Part shown: in pieces, positions 51,001 to 64,000 of the stretch
How positions within the stretch are numbered: position 1 is the first letter of the stretch
Layout: every line of letters begins with the position of its first letter
NCBI GenBank assembly: GCA_030704615.1
Contig: CM060732.1
Coordinates: 11,842,001-11,906,000, forward strand
From: Takakia lepidozioides
Taxonomy: Eukaryota; Plantae; Bryophyta
Direction: 5' to 3'
DNA: 64,000 bases
Notes under the pieces: generated by a model
Told to the model about the DNA's origin: nothing
Database searches by the model: none
What the model saw: the letters and a program-made list of their open reading frames with translations, nothing else
Made by a program: the position numbers and the translations under genes

Positions 51001-54000
51001 TTTGATGTCTCTGGAAATTGTTACTTGTTGTCTCCTAGGCCCTTTAGCGGCTCCATGCAGATTATTATTTCCCAAAAAGGGGATAGAGGCCCATTAAAAC
51101 TTATTCTCTTTCTTGTATATATTGACATGAAGGGAAAAAAAAACAAAAACAAACGTTTCGATTATTAGTCGTTTCACTTTGTACATAGGTCGCAATGTGC
51201 CACCGGCGATTTGAGAGACGAAAATGTTATCTAAAGCCTATAAATGTACTTGACGTAGATAAACCACATAAATCTGCCACAGTGAACTTCAACTTCGGAT
51301 TTGAAGAATTGAAACCTTTGAATCCAACGAGCAGTTTGAGCAGTTTGAACTATGATACTTTTCGACTATGTGGAAAAATGCTTTCCTTCCGCATTTGGAA
51401 AAATGACAACAACATCATAGTTGTCTAGAGCTAACATGTGTACAAAAGTTGTAGGTATGATTTATCAAGTTCTAATTGTGTCACTAATCAGAACATAGCG
51501 TTTCGCAACAAACCAAGGTGATTCATGTAAAGCACTTATTACCCATTAACCAATGAACCCACTCCAGTTTTTGTCTCCATATCACAACTTAGACTTTAGC
51601 ATGATCACACTTACCCTTCACTTTGTCTGTATATCATTGACATAACGTACCATTTAGCACATTAATTTGTAATCCAACATACACCAATCCCATATTGAGA
51701 AAAGTACGGGACAATTGCAAACTACGGTGGCTCAGAAAAGTCCCAGGGTGGCCTGCACAAGAAGTCCCAAGGTTTTTACAAGTTTGATTTAATGATTATG
51801 GAAAAATTATAGTTGTTAGATTCATTCATGTTGAAAGATATGGACAATCTAAAGTTGACAGTAACAGATACTATGGCATTATTTCTATTTTTCCTAGTAA
51901 TAAACATTTATTTTTATTTTCTTATTTTATTTTTTATTTTTTATATTTTCATTATATCGCATAAGCTACTCTTCATCTACATGAAATATACCTTTTAGTG
52001 AAGCAAGTCCATTGTTTTATTTTGTTTCCATGCATTTATGTACTTTGGCAAAAATCAGTTTATCGAGGTTCACAATAATATATAGAAATAAGAACTTTCA
52101 CTTTTTTGATGGTCTCTATAAGACTTTAGTATCTTTAAGAGTAGAGCAATACTAATATGAGTCCCTTATCATATTTGTTTTCTATAGTGAGTGCAAAAAG
52201 TCCATAACATTTTTTTTTATGGACTGTGACACTATCGTATACACTTTTCTAAAGTCCATTACTTCTTCGACAAATCAACTTCATTTCTTGGTGAGAATTT
52301 AAAGATTAGAGCTTGTAGTAGTTGGAAACTAAGAGTGAGTCTCATTTCATCATTATAATAAAAATTTATCTCTAAGGTATAATTGAATCAAACTATGTCC
52401 CATAAAACACGTGCTGTGACACAAAAATGTAGTCACCGTAGCCTGCAATCACCCTACGACGTCAACGAATGGAATGTACTTAAAAAACACAAATTGAATC
52501 AAATCACATAAAATTACTTTTCTTTAGAGCCCTCAAATTTTTGTTTTGAGAAAATTTATCAGCACTTTAAACTTTAACTTTAGTATAATAAAAGTTTAAT
52601 AAAAGTTCATTATTATTAAGTCAATTATTCAATCAACGGGGAACCATGAAATGAAATGACATTTCTAAATATTGTTACATCAAATTGATATCTCATGTGT
52701 AAAAAACCAGCCCAACTTAGTAATGCTAGTATTGCTAATTGTTGTATTCTTACCAATCATAATGGATCCAACGCTTTTACAATCATTCGTACAAAACTTC
52801 ATTGATAGCTTACTTAGATGAATACTAGGTATGTTTGATTAGACATAATTCAGAGAGTGAAGGTATGACTCTTGGGATTGCAAGCCTTGTAAATCTTGAC
52901 CAAGTGTCAAGTTTCAAATGGGAATTGATGTAAACATATCAATCTATATAATACGGATTTATAGTTTTTCATTGTCGTTGGGATAATTAGTACTTGCTAT
53001 CGTGTTTTGTTCACATGGAATTGCTAGAAAAGATTAAGCATTGTCATAGTGTATAGTTACAACCACGTATAGTATATAATTACATTAACGTCGTCATCCC
53101 TAAAACCTTTTCAACAGACTCCCTCAATTTGGCCACTTCACAATGTCAAGTCAAATTGTTAGGCGATGGCTTTTCCTTTGGATAATAGCTGCAGTAGGTT
53201 CTATGACTGCAGCTACGGGTAATAACACATAATTTAAGAGAAACAACAGTACATGACGTACAAAAATTCTTCATATCTTAAAAGCCTTGTCTAACCATCT
53301 ATTGTGCTTTCTTACTGTTATTTGCCCAAAGTACATTTGTTTTTGTTGCATTGCTCATAAAACAATTCGAAACATGGATATATCAAAGGGAAGGTAGGGG
53401 GGTTTACCTCACGAAAGCGAAGTAAAAACTTACGGCCCCCTACTTTACCACCTTAGTGTATTGATCGGCTAAATTAGAGAAAAAGTAAAAATTATACCAT
53501 CACCTAAATGAGAGCTGATAAACTTTATGTAAAACCCCTCCAATTTATTATGTTGGAAAATCTATTATCAATGCAATCATGTAGGAAATTCTATGATAAA
53601 TAACATGTGGGAGATTATTGCATCAATGTCATGTGGAAAATTATTTTATAAATGTCATTTTGGAAATAAATCATCTTGAGCACTAGAGCATTATTTGCAC
53701 ATCAAATCAATAGTCAACAAATAAAAACAGGTTGAAGGAGGCTGCACATCCCACAATTTGGTGGGAATGAATACAAAACTGCAGTACTCACTTATTCCAA
53801 GATGCAGCAAAAAAGATATTTGCAATAAAATCTAATGTCAACACGAAGCAATCACTCAACACTGCCTTTGCTTCTTAAAAGACCTCATCAGTAATAATAC
53901 TATTGGACACTAATTCTGATTCTTAGAACTACATCCAAAAATAGATCTTGCAGTCCAAGTTAATCCTAAACTTGTGTAACATAGAGAGTGGAGTCACCGT

Positions 54001-54459
54001 AGAAGCTGACAAAGCTTTTCGTCGAGCACACAAAAAAAACAGAAAGAATGGTACAAGCTCTAAATTGCTGCTGAAAGATGGAGTCCCTCCTCATAAGGGG
54101 TTGCAACTAAGCTTTTCTAATCCTCAACACACCAAGCAGCCGTTGCAAAGAACAAGGTGTTTTCCCAGCCTCTAATCTCAAACTATACAGAACTGTAGAG
54201 GGAAAAATCATGTTCTCTCCAAAAGGATAAAATGTCAACAACATAGTCAAACAAATCATTAACTCCTCATTCTCCAAGCTGTTTTCATTAGAGTTACATG
54301 GAGATCATCAAGTTCATTAATGCCAATTTATCTCTACCAACAGTCTCTGCCCACAGACAGATGTGACAACACTACTCATATACCGATTGTAGAACCATAT
54401 CTCAAATGACACTAATTTGTATTAAATGTTTTTATAGACCAACATTTGATAGGTCACCC

Positions 54460-54916
54460 CTGTGAAATAGGTGTCCACAAAAGAGCTTCCGAAACAGCTC
54501 TTGGAGGAGGAACGTATCGTGACAAATAGCACACACATCCACTCCAAGGCCTAAATCTGCCTTGACCCCTGGATTGACACTTGGGCCAATCCCAAATGTC
54601 AATATGTTCAAGTGACGATAAGAAGCAAGTAATAGTGGAATCAAAGTTTTGGAATCATACTCCTCTACAATCTTTAGTGTCACTGGCCTACCAATGAAAT
54701 CTGTCACAATTGAAAGACCTTTGAATCAGTCGATCTCGTCGAAGGAACTGCAATCACAGACAAGCCGGAGGAAATGACTTCCATGGTCAATCCCTTGTTG
54801 TCACTGGGAACTGAGGCATCAAGTCCAATCAGAGCCTTATAGTCTCTTTCATTGAAGTCACGGGCCAATTGCTCAAAACCATGGGGAATGAAGGTGGCAG
54901 CATCTACTTCCGCCAT
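54460..54916 (-). pseudogene. RING-H2 E3 ligase remnant interrupted by a hAT transposase-like segment
   Basis: RDFNERDYKALIGLD...GLTMEVISS and CAICHDTF...LFCGHLFH. The final CxxC is missing. The intervening segment reads IVEEYDSKTLIPLLLASYRHLN. Confidence 0.6.
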
Positions 54917-56497
54917 AGGTCGCAGGAGCTGCTCTTGTATTGGTCCATTTTCGTGATTTCATATATCATTATGATTATGGGAAGACACATAACTGTTGAC
55001 ATTGATGTTGGATCCATGCTACATGCCTTGGTGAGAGACCTATACATTTCATGTCTAACAATTTTTTTTTCTTACAGGGGTGAAGGGAGGAGCAGAGTGA
55101 GGCAGCCATTTCAACTGAGGCTACAGAATTCAGCACATGAAAGCATGCCAGATGGTTGGTCCATTTTCCAACACAACGGTCATTTGGATCATATGCATGG
55201 GGGGGCACTGAAAGGGAGAAAGTTGAGGAACTGGAAGCTGCGAGAATGCAATGGCGATCAAGGTATAGCTGATAAGATATCCAAAATAACTATGGCCCCA
55301 TAGCAAGGCGACAAATCATGCTTTGGCAATGGTCAAATCGCAAGGAGTGGGTTTCTGTTTTCTTTTTCAAACTTGGCCACAGATAGTGCATTTGACGCTT
55401 CTTGCATAGTCATGCAACAATGCATGACTGTCGATGACGACATTCATGAATGCACCTGCTAACTCGTCTTGGCTTTTCATTTCAGTCCCCTTCCCTGCAT
55501 GTGACGATTACAGTAGTAGGATAATCAAAGTAGGGCGGGTAAACTGAAGACTGTCTGGCTGGTTCATTGTGCATTTGCATTCTGATGATGTCGTCATGTG
55601 TTCCATACTGTCCCCAACATTTATGAGAAGGGGTAGAAAGCTCGTTGTTTCAATATTCAAAGGTGGGCAGTTCCTACCAAAGTAAGTTTCTTTAAGGCAG
55701 TTCCAGAATTGCAGCTATCTCTAGTCAATTTGTGGGGGCAAAGAAAGATGTTATCCCTGCAAAAGTGAGACAAATAATTTTAAAGCCACAAGTACATGCA
55801 GGCTACGCTGCAGATCCAATGTATATGGAAGAGTTTGCATGTAGTCTCTTTCGCTAGAATGGTTGGAGACAAAATATGTGTCTGATGCCAGAAACAAACT
55901 TTAGCTTGAGACTGTATTTGTTGGGTGAATGGGGCAGCATGCAGAGCGCACTTTTGAAATGCAGTTGCTGGTACAAGTGCATGCACTTCCATCCTGGTTT
56001 CTCCTGGTTGCCAAAGAGAACGTGGTATGACCACGAGCAAAAATCTTTAAATGGACTCATTCACTATAGCGTTGCAAAGCTGCAAGCTGAGGATGTGGTG
56101 CCCACTTCAAGAGAGGAAGTAGGGACAAGTAGGAGGACACCACCACTAGAGGAATCAAATAAAGACTTGGAAAGATGTTTTTGGATAAAACCCTATATAT
56201 CATATTGAAAAAAAAACCATGAAAAATGACCATTTGGCATACATTTTGCATGCATTTTCATTTTTTCCAAATGTTTATCAAATGACTTAGCTTCTGAAAA
56301 TGTAATATAGAGCTACAAAGGAAGGAGCCAAAGTTGAAAGCTTCTGCATCGATGATACTCAAACTCCCTCCACAAAAAAACCAACAATGTCATTTACAAC
56401 AATAAAAAAAATTAACAAGAAAAAATTTATGTAACTGTTACTTTAGCTATGTATGAAGCATTGTGACTAACACTTTGTTCCTAGAAATGTAATAGTA

Positions 56498-56923
56498 CTA
56501 AAGTTGAATGGAATCATCATCAAAAACCATCGATGCTTCAAATTCCTCTTCCAATTCCTCAATCAAATGTGCCTCTGATTCTTGAAAATCATCATAAACT
56601 TTGCAACTCTCTCTTGCATCATCTGGCCAGTTCTTCACCACAAGTAGCAACTTGTCCAGATTATCAGTATCAAGCCGACGTCGTCGCAATGCAGTGAGCA
56701 CCCTAGCAATGGAAAACAACCTCTCCGTCTCAATTTGGCTATTAACTATGCCAAGAATTTGACGAGCCAAGAAACTAACTGTGAAAAACTTGGACTCATA
56801 TCTCTTCCACCATTGTAATGGATCAGCACATTGCTCTTCTTCAATTGTCATACGTTGGAAGAAAGACAATTCTCTTTTGACCAATGCAAGAATTGTCTCC
56901 GCCTCACTAGTACATCCAATCAT
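56498..56923 (-). mobile_element. hAT transposase C-terminal dimerisation domain fragment
   Basis: DPLQWWKRYESKFFTVSFLARQILGIVNSQIETERLFSIA..LTALRRRRL. Confidence 0.88.
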
Positions 56924-58078
56924 CTCCTTACACTGCCCTCAAGTCGGTTAGCTCCCTCTCCAGGTGCAAAAGATTTCTATATAATAATGTGACGCGAACA
57001 AGATTGGGATGCCTGATAATATTATTTTTCCACCCAAGAGACTTAAGGGAAGATCTTTGGATGAAGGAAAAAGTTGGCCCGGAGTTATGCTGCACACAAT
57101 AAATTCCTACCAAGGACACGCATTTTAGCCAATGAATCGGGCAAAGTGCGTTGGAAAGCCCTTAATTTGGACTACAATCTTGCTGTTTGCGGCTTTTCAA
57201 CCAAACCTAGATTGAGGGAGTTACAACTAGTTGAAAAAAAGGGTGTATTGCAAGACATATGATTAGGGGTCTAGATTATTCCACGCTATCAAAGCCATAT
57301 AATAATAATAATAATAAAATTCATAGATATCTACACTACACTTGTTGACATTTTTATTTATTTGAAGATGGTTTAGGTTTCAAATTTTAATTTTCTAAGG
57401 GCCCTGCTTGCACAACCCGCCACCCACCAATGTAAGGTGGAGGCGAAAGAAACCTTGTAAAATGTCGCCCTTACCCACTTTATATACTCTCTAAAGGCAG
57501 CTGTGGAGCCTTTTAGAAAGGGCCCACAGCTTATGGAAAGCTCTAGAACTAAGGAGGGCCCACCTCCTACTTCTATGCTAGCCTCTACACGTGGCCTCAC
57601 ATTTCACCCATTCCAACACGGTGCCCTCCCTCCCCATTGGCCGCTCCAATCCCCTCTATTTTTTTTCGACCTTCAGGAATACCTAGCCCCTGCCAATTCT
57701 GGGACCCTTATTTATTCATCCATCTCAATGGAGCACATAATGAACCTATGCCCCCAGCTCTAACAGCACATCATCTATAGATACATGGTATATGGTTTGA
57801 TATACACCTTGAATGTACTCCACATGGAGAGACCGTACCTACCTAGTCTCCACCTTTCTATGCAGGCATTGTGTGCACCAGAGAAACAGGTTTCATCTTG
57901 CCCTTGTATATTTCCTATAAGTATCACATCTAAACCAGGAGATTGAGGAATCTCCGTTCACTTGTTCTTTTTAAAGCTTGAATATAACGAACATGGCCAG
58001 CGCTGTAGAGCAATGGCGGTAGAATTCGTGCGAGTACAATGATGTGGGGGCGACCCGGGCATTGCCCTCTGCTAGGTG

Positions 58079-59176
58079 TCAGCAGCGGATCCGGGAGTCA
58101 AGCCAAAAGTAGATGTCTCCCAAAACCTTTTCGAAGTTCTCGGGGGGCTCCCCGATCAGCTGGTGCCACATGCCAGTATAAATGCGAAGAGTTTTGTCGG
58201 AGCTGCTCGCCTGCTTGTAAAGAATCTTACTGCCCTCTGGGTCAGCCACCACATCAAATTCTCCATGTATAATCAGTAATGGAGCAGAGACCTCGGAACT
58301 CCGCAGCTGGATTTCTTTCACAATCCGGAGAAACTCGATAGCAGTGGCCGCCCGAGGCTTTCCAGCATACCTGACAACACACTTATCAAGTGAGCGCATG
58401 ATCTTCACAGCGATTCCAAGATACTCATCTTACATGTATACATTTAGACAGCCTTCACAGCCATGGGCGATTCACCCGCAAAGAGCCACAAAGCTGATGC
58501 TAGCTCGGGCGAAGTACCTGGTTGGGTTGTTTCTAGCGAGCTCGCGTTTCCAGGGCTCCTTAAAAGAGATAGTGGTTATATCTCTCGTTGGCACAACTGG
58601 CCACGTGGGTATCCAGTTTCCCACCAGATGAAGCAAATGTTCAGCAGGCCATGGGGGCTTGAACTTCCGACAGATGTTGCACATGGGACCATTGAGAATC
58701 AATCCTGACCAAACTCCTGGCTGCCGGAGATGAATGAGTAAGGAAATTGCGCCCCCTAGCGATTCCCCATACAGAAAGGACGGGAGGGATTTGTAGGCCT
58801 CTCTTTTTGGATCAAAGAAGGCAATGCAATCATCAAGCACGGTGTTGACATCCGGGATGTGAGCCCTTAGACCTTCGGATTTACCATGCCCTTGATAGTC
58901 TATCGCATAGACCGCAAACCCTCTTTTGGCAAGGGCAATGCAGGTCAGCTGGAGTAACCACCCCGCATCATCACCATAACCATGACATACCATGATTGTG
59001 CCTCGAACTTTTGGATCAGGACCCATAGGCGTCCACGATCGTGTGCACAGACGCATTCCCCGAGCATTTGTAATGTAGTCTTCAGTATGTATCACCCCAT
59101 GGTTTGCATAGAAATCCTCTGGTGTGAAGCTCCCCAAGATGTGTTCTGACGTTGAGTCCGAGCAGGGATCCGCCAT
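58079..59176 (-). CDS. Alpha/beta-hydrolase, monoacylglycerol lipase / caffeoylshikimate esterase-like, 316 aa; exons 58518-59176 and 58079-58370
   Basis: CHGYG, DYQGHGKSEG, GESLGG nucleophile motif, IIHGEFDVVAD and GMWHQL complete the catalytic triad. The LNGPMC..KFKPPWP segment resembles the Arabidopsis MAGL16-type clade more than true CSE. GT-AG intron 58371-58517. Confidence 0.92.
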
Positions 59177-60825
59177 GGGGCCCACACTAGAGAGACTTGA
59201 AGGGCAGAGCTCCTGGCACTGAAGATCAAAGGGAACGAACTCAGAAAGAGATTTTACACATATTACGTCCGCCGGGTCCAGAGTACCCTTATAAGAGACA
59301 GATTTAGCAAAAACAACAAGTGTTGAGAGAAACATTTGTAGAGCTACTGCACGTAGAACTACTGGAGGTACACAAACAAGGAATCATTCGAACGCTGCAC
59401 GAAGGCGGACTGACCGCCTGCATACAAGATGCACGGAAAAGAGACCCAACTGGCCAGCAGTCGGCCGGGGAGGCGATCGAGTAGAAATCACACAAGTACA
59501 AAGGTAAATACACTAAAGTGTGAGCATCGCAATGAACATCTCGTGCAGACATAAGAATTCTGGAGTTGTAACCTGGTCAAGAAGGACAATTAGTTACGAT
59601 CTCAGCGAACTGAGAGCATTCAAACGCCGAATTGACCCGAAAACTGAATTTACCTCCTGCTTTGAAGCAACCCCCAGTAGTAAACGTACATGAGGACTCC
59701 ATGCACTGATCTCGAACGAATCGGATTTTTTCCCACAGGTTCAATTGAAAGCAAGGTTCATCTCACGTACGTATAGGGGTTGATGAATCTTACAGTGTGT
59801 ACACACGTGATGGAAGAGAGCGATGAGGGAGGAAAGATATTACCGGGCGAGGGATTAGTGACGGTACACCATGATTATTTCCAAGGAACAGAATGAAGAT
59901 ACCAGATGAAACCAGATCACTCTACCAAGTGCTGATTTTGCAACTGCAGCTTTCCGAACAGGAATCCACACGGCAGTGAAACAAGGCGGTGGAGACTGAT
60001 TCAACTTACCGAGGGGCCGGCTCGAAAGACATACAGTGTGCAGCAACGAGCACGCTGAAGAGAAAGTGCTGCAGGAAATGAGCGCCTTAAGAGTCTGTCT
60101 CACCACCTCCTCCGGAATCCTCAACAGCAGCATCTGTATACTTAAGAGATGGATCGCCAAAAGGGAGAGAACCCCCTCCAGGCTCCCATCCACGAACGCT
60201 CCCTCTAATGGCCACTAACACCTGAAGCCATTACTGATGCCAGCGGCGGGACGTTGCAGCGATTCCAGATCTCTCTGCAAATAGCAGCCGTCATGAAGGC
60301 GCAGCGCCACCTTTTTCTATTAATTTAGATCTTCAGGCAGGTGAACCTCCCACGCACCTTGATTCATCCACTAGATCACGCCCTCCGTCATGTGATAACA
60401 AACTTGTTTTGTGATAAAAAGGACAAGGACCTACCGTGTTGTTAATGAGAGTAGAACCCAGGACCACTATACATAAGATGATATTGCACGTCGTGTGTGC
60501 ATTACCTGTGGGTCCGGGGTTCAATCCCGTGTTGCCTCCCCGACCTTCAGATCTGAGGCTCAGGTTTTTTTTTTAAATAAAAATAAATAAATTTTAAAAA
60601 TAAATATATAAAGGGAAACACCTGGGAGCGACAGCTCACAAATCAGGCCCCTTGATAGAGAGGAGAAAATAACCTCTCAGTAACCGGCTCAGGTTCAAAC
60701 CTCATTGCTCATAAATGAAAGGGGGTTATTTTATTGCCCCCCCTCCTAGGCTCAACTGCCAAATCATGAGCCTCGCTCAGAAAAACAAAATAAAAGAAAA
60801 AATAAACAATTTTAGACGTTCTTCA

Positions 60826-60890
60826 GGGCTGTGGCCCAATGGTTTGCCATCTGCTAGTTAGCCTGTGGGTCTGGGGTTCGAATCCCTCTC
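60826..60890 (+). mobile_element. tRNA-derived SINE-like remnant; related partial copy at 60505-60528
   Basis: A-box-like TGGCCCAATGG and B box GGTTCGAATCC. The motif cctgtgggtc.ggggttc.aatccc is shared with the 60505 copy. Confidence 0.5.
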
Positions 60891-61159
60891 TAGAAAGAAA
60901 GTATGGTAGATACTAGATACTAGATTCTTCTGCCTCAGCAATACATTTCAGGACACCTCAGCTGGTGCTTGGAGGAATACGTGGCGAGCGGATTAGGGTT
61001 TGGTGTTGGGAGCTCAGTCCCTGAGAATTGGGTGATGCCCTACCTGGGACAGATGCTTGTGCAGAATGTGTTGTTTGGACTGAAGAAGCAGTTTGGAGCT
61101 CGCGTTTGAAGTGTACGTTAGTGTTTATCTTGATTTTGGCGGGTGGAGGACGCGTACAG

Positions 61160-63462
61160 ATGGTGAGGAGGTTAGCTTTGCGGGGCAGCATCGATTGCTT
61201 GGAGCCTCAGGTGGGTTCCAGGTAGTTTTGTATGTTTGTGCTTGATGCCCCTGAAGTGTGTGAACCCTAAATCCTGGGCCGCTGTGATCTTATCGATCAC
61301 TTGGGAGTCTAGGAAGATGTGTCAGCCAGTATGCGTAAGGAAGGTGCAGCATGGATGCTTGTCGTATGAACCAAGAAAGATTCCAAATATCACCGTCTTA
61401 AACCAGTGATCGCAGCCTTCAGAGTGCAAATGGCTTGTAGGGATATTCCGATTTGCTTTAGTGAGATTGAAGTTTGTTGTCGTTTTGAACTCTGGAGCTG
61501 TAGTTAAGACATCCTAAACTGACATTTACTGGGCTTGCTAACGATTGATTACCAGTGATGGGGATAATGTCACCTTCATTAAGAGTTGAGGATTTAGCAG
61601 AAAACCTTCAGTGGCAGTCGCCGCGAGGGTGTTCCACTCTATTGGGACCGAAATGTTCGGACTAGTCAGAAATGGTCTGGGTTTCCCCTTGGGAGAACAG
61701 TGTTTGATTGCCTGCGCAGCAACTTTAGGACAATTGAACAATTGTACCCGACCCCTGTATACTTGCCGTTCTTGAATTGGAGGAATTTTATTTTGTGAAA
61801 TGGAACAGCTCCTAAGATTTGATGGGTGCATGTAATTGTTTGGCGCATTCCTGGATTTTCTTGTTTTTTGCTGGACGATATTGCACACCCCAACCTCTGA
61901 TTGTCATGAAGGAAACCATATGCCTCACCAATAAACAACATTACTTGTTATGTGGCAGGCAGCTTTCTAACTATAAAGCTGCTGGTGCTCTTTGGCTATC
62001 TTTGGTTAAGTACTCTCTCTCTCTCTCTCTCTCTCTTCTGTCCGACTCTGTTCATCTGGGATCAAGGGAAAGATGTGGAGAGTGGTTCATAACTTGTATG
62101 CTCACACCAAAGCTGTGTCACTGATAATGGACAGAAGTTTAACTTCTTTGACATAGACCAAGGTGTAGCTCAAGGATGTACCCTCTCCCCTCTACTCTTC
62201 AATGTTTTCATCAATCAACTCCTCGAGGATGTGGAAAGTGAGGGATTTGGGTTAATCGTGGGTGCTGCCACCATACCAGCCCTTATGTTTGCGGATGACT
62301 TTGCAAACATAAGGGCATACGTGAGACTCCATCCAATCTTCAGGAGGTGATTGATTGCACAAAGCGTTATTAGGCCTGCCTTGGAGTATGCATCGGCAGT
62401 ATGGGTTGATAACTCCAACCACGCTAAGTCTCTAGATCCCATTCAAGTGGGGTGCTTAAGGAGTGCATGTCAGCATGCTCCAGAACAGCTAGGGTAGAAG
62501 AGATCCTCAAGGATCTGGATCTAAGTCCGCAAGTCTTGACCCTGCTGGATAAATCTGACTTAGAGGCTGTAGTGTCCAAAGCCATGTCGGTTGCCAGGAA
62601 ATTGTCTGATGAAATTGAAGTTAGGCAGAAAACTTCCCTGAGCTTGTTGCCAGTCTGTGACATGGGGGAGGCCATCATGGATGACCTCAAGGGTCTACCC
62701 ACTCTCGGCACTAGACTGAGCTTTAAACTCAGGGCGGAAGCCTACCTTTGAACAGCAAACAGAAGCAGAGAGGAAAGGGGGATTGCAAATGCCCGTTGTG
62801 TGGGCAACCTGAAGACAATAGTCATTTTCCGATTCATTGTCCCGGGTACTCTCACCCGAGAGACGCCCTCTTCAAATCCATCAAGGGAATTGTGCCTGTA
62901 CGTACCTCTGTTTACCAACTTTGACAGTCTCAAGGCTGAGCCAAAAGCCTGGGCCCTTTTGTGGCCAACTTATTGGGCAAACCACACACAGCAGATTGAG
63001 GCTTGTGTAAAGGGGTTTCTAGAGGATATCTGGAAAACTCGGATCAATTGTCTGTTCCAAGGTAAGTCATACCACTGACGTAAGCCCCTGGCAAAGGTAG
63101 TTTCTGTCCCTTTGTGTTCCGCTCAAACTGGGCGCGGGGTCAATGGCCACAAGGCTATGGCAAACAATGTCTTATGAGTACATTCTCTCTCTCTCTTCTG
63201 GCCACAAGGCTACGGAGTCTTATGAGTACATTCTCTCTCTCTTCTGCCAACTTGATTCAATGTCTGTGCATCTCATTTAAATATGCGAATGTGCAGGCGG
63301 CTTTTTCCTTTTTGTATGGTGATGATCAGTTCATGCGGCTCTACCACAAGGAAGCTAATGAGGACCCTGACATTGAGGTGTCCAGCTGGACAGCTGATGG
63401 TCAGCGCACTGTAACATTTACGGCCCCTCTTAATGCACCAGCCTTGGTGAGGAAGATTGTTG
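61160..63462 (+). CDS. 5' part of a VASt (StART-like lipid-transfer) domain gene; exons 61160-61210 and 63297-63462, continuing past the window
   Basis: Spliced MVRRLALRGSIDCLEPQ/AAFSFLYGDDQFMRLYHKEANEDPDIEVSSWTADGQRTVTFTAPLNAPALVRKIV, with good donor and acceptor sites. Confidence 0.65.
62041..63246 (+). mobile_element. 5'-truncated, internally deleted LINE (RTE/RTEX-like) in intron 1 of the VASt gene
   Basis: GVAQGCTLSPLLFNVFIN and LMFADD RT motifs, IRPALEYASAVW, C-terminal remnants, and (CT)n-TCTG on both flanks. Confidence 0.88.
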
Positions 63463-64000
63463 GTAAGTCACGTCTCCAACATTCTCTTCACATTGTCTTC
63501 AGAGATAATGAAGAGAGAGAAGGTAATGATGCTTAACTTGGAATGCTTTGCCAGTGGTGGGAGGCTGTAGTCTTGCTGGCGTAGGTTCTGTTGGACAATT
63601 CGTAGTTGGCTACAGTCTGGATGCTTAGGCCGAGAAGGGAGGAAAGAGGATGGGAGATGTAAAGAAGCTTTTGTGCTGTCACAGTGACAATGATATTGAC
63701 AGATGGTATAGAGTGATCAAATAAAGATTAGTCTTGCAGGTAGTGATCTTATCCGGATAAGAGAGGTTCAAGAATATGAGAGAGTTGGTAATTGTTTCAC
63801 AATCAAGTCCGACCCAACCACGGAGGGGGCTGCTGGGGAATTATTCAGCACAAAGGGCCAGATTGTGTTAGCACCTGCTGAGAGCGGGAATGGATGCTCA
63901 ATAATGATTGACGCTACTCTTGAGTGCAAGACCTCCATTTGGGGTGTCCAAGGTACTTCTTTTCCCAATTTTTTGTCCTCACTCTTAAAATTTCTTTTCT

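Noticed and set aside
57373-57770. Possible LINE C-terminal remnant (SMEHIMNLCP)
   Set aside because: Only one weak motif; too degraded to support
58079-59176. Calling the hydrolase a true caffeoylshikimate esterase (lignin pathway)
   Set aside because: The motifs fit a different MAGL clade, and substrate cannot be inferred without a phylogeny or assay

Overview
Eukaryotic nuclear DNA from a land plant, probably a bryophyte or moss-like lineage (inferred from gene structure and repeat types). There is no CRISPR array, rRNA gene or intact tRNA gene. Positions 1-12.3 kb are nested transposon debris. They hold Ty3/gypsy RT and gag remnants, an intron-containing pseudogene resembling a ParB-like plus permuted DNA amino-methyltransferase fusion, a CACTA-like palindromic subterminal array and an RLK kinase fragment. 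Host genes reconstructed by hand from splice sites are ELF1 (4 exons, +), a LATERAL SUPPRESSOR-type GRAS factor (2 coding exons, +), plastid SecA2 (32 exons, ~1149 aa, -), a monoacylglycerol lipase/CSE-like hydrolase (2 coding exons, -) and the 5' part of a VASt-domain gene (+). Three observations stand out. (1) A complete, very young 364-bp TRIM in a SecA2 intron has identical LTRs that each carry a tRNA-derived Pol III cassette. (2) The transposon-associated ParB/MTase-like gene. (3) An 89-bp duplication in SecA2 creates a competing 3' splice site leading directly to a stop codon. All homology calls are by motif recognition from memory; no searches were run.
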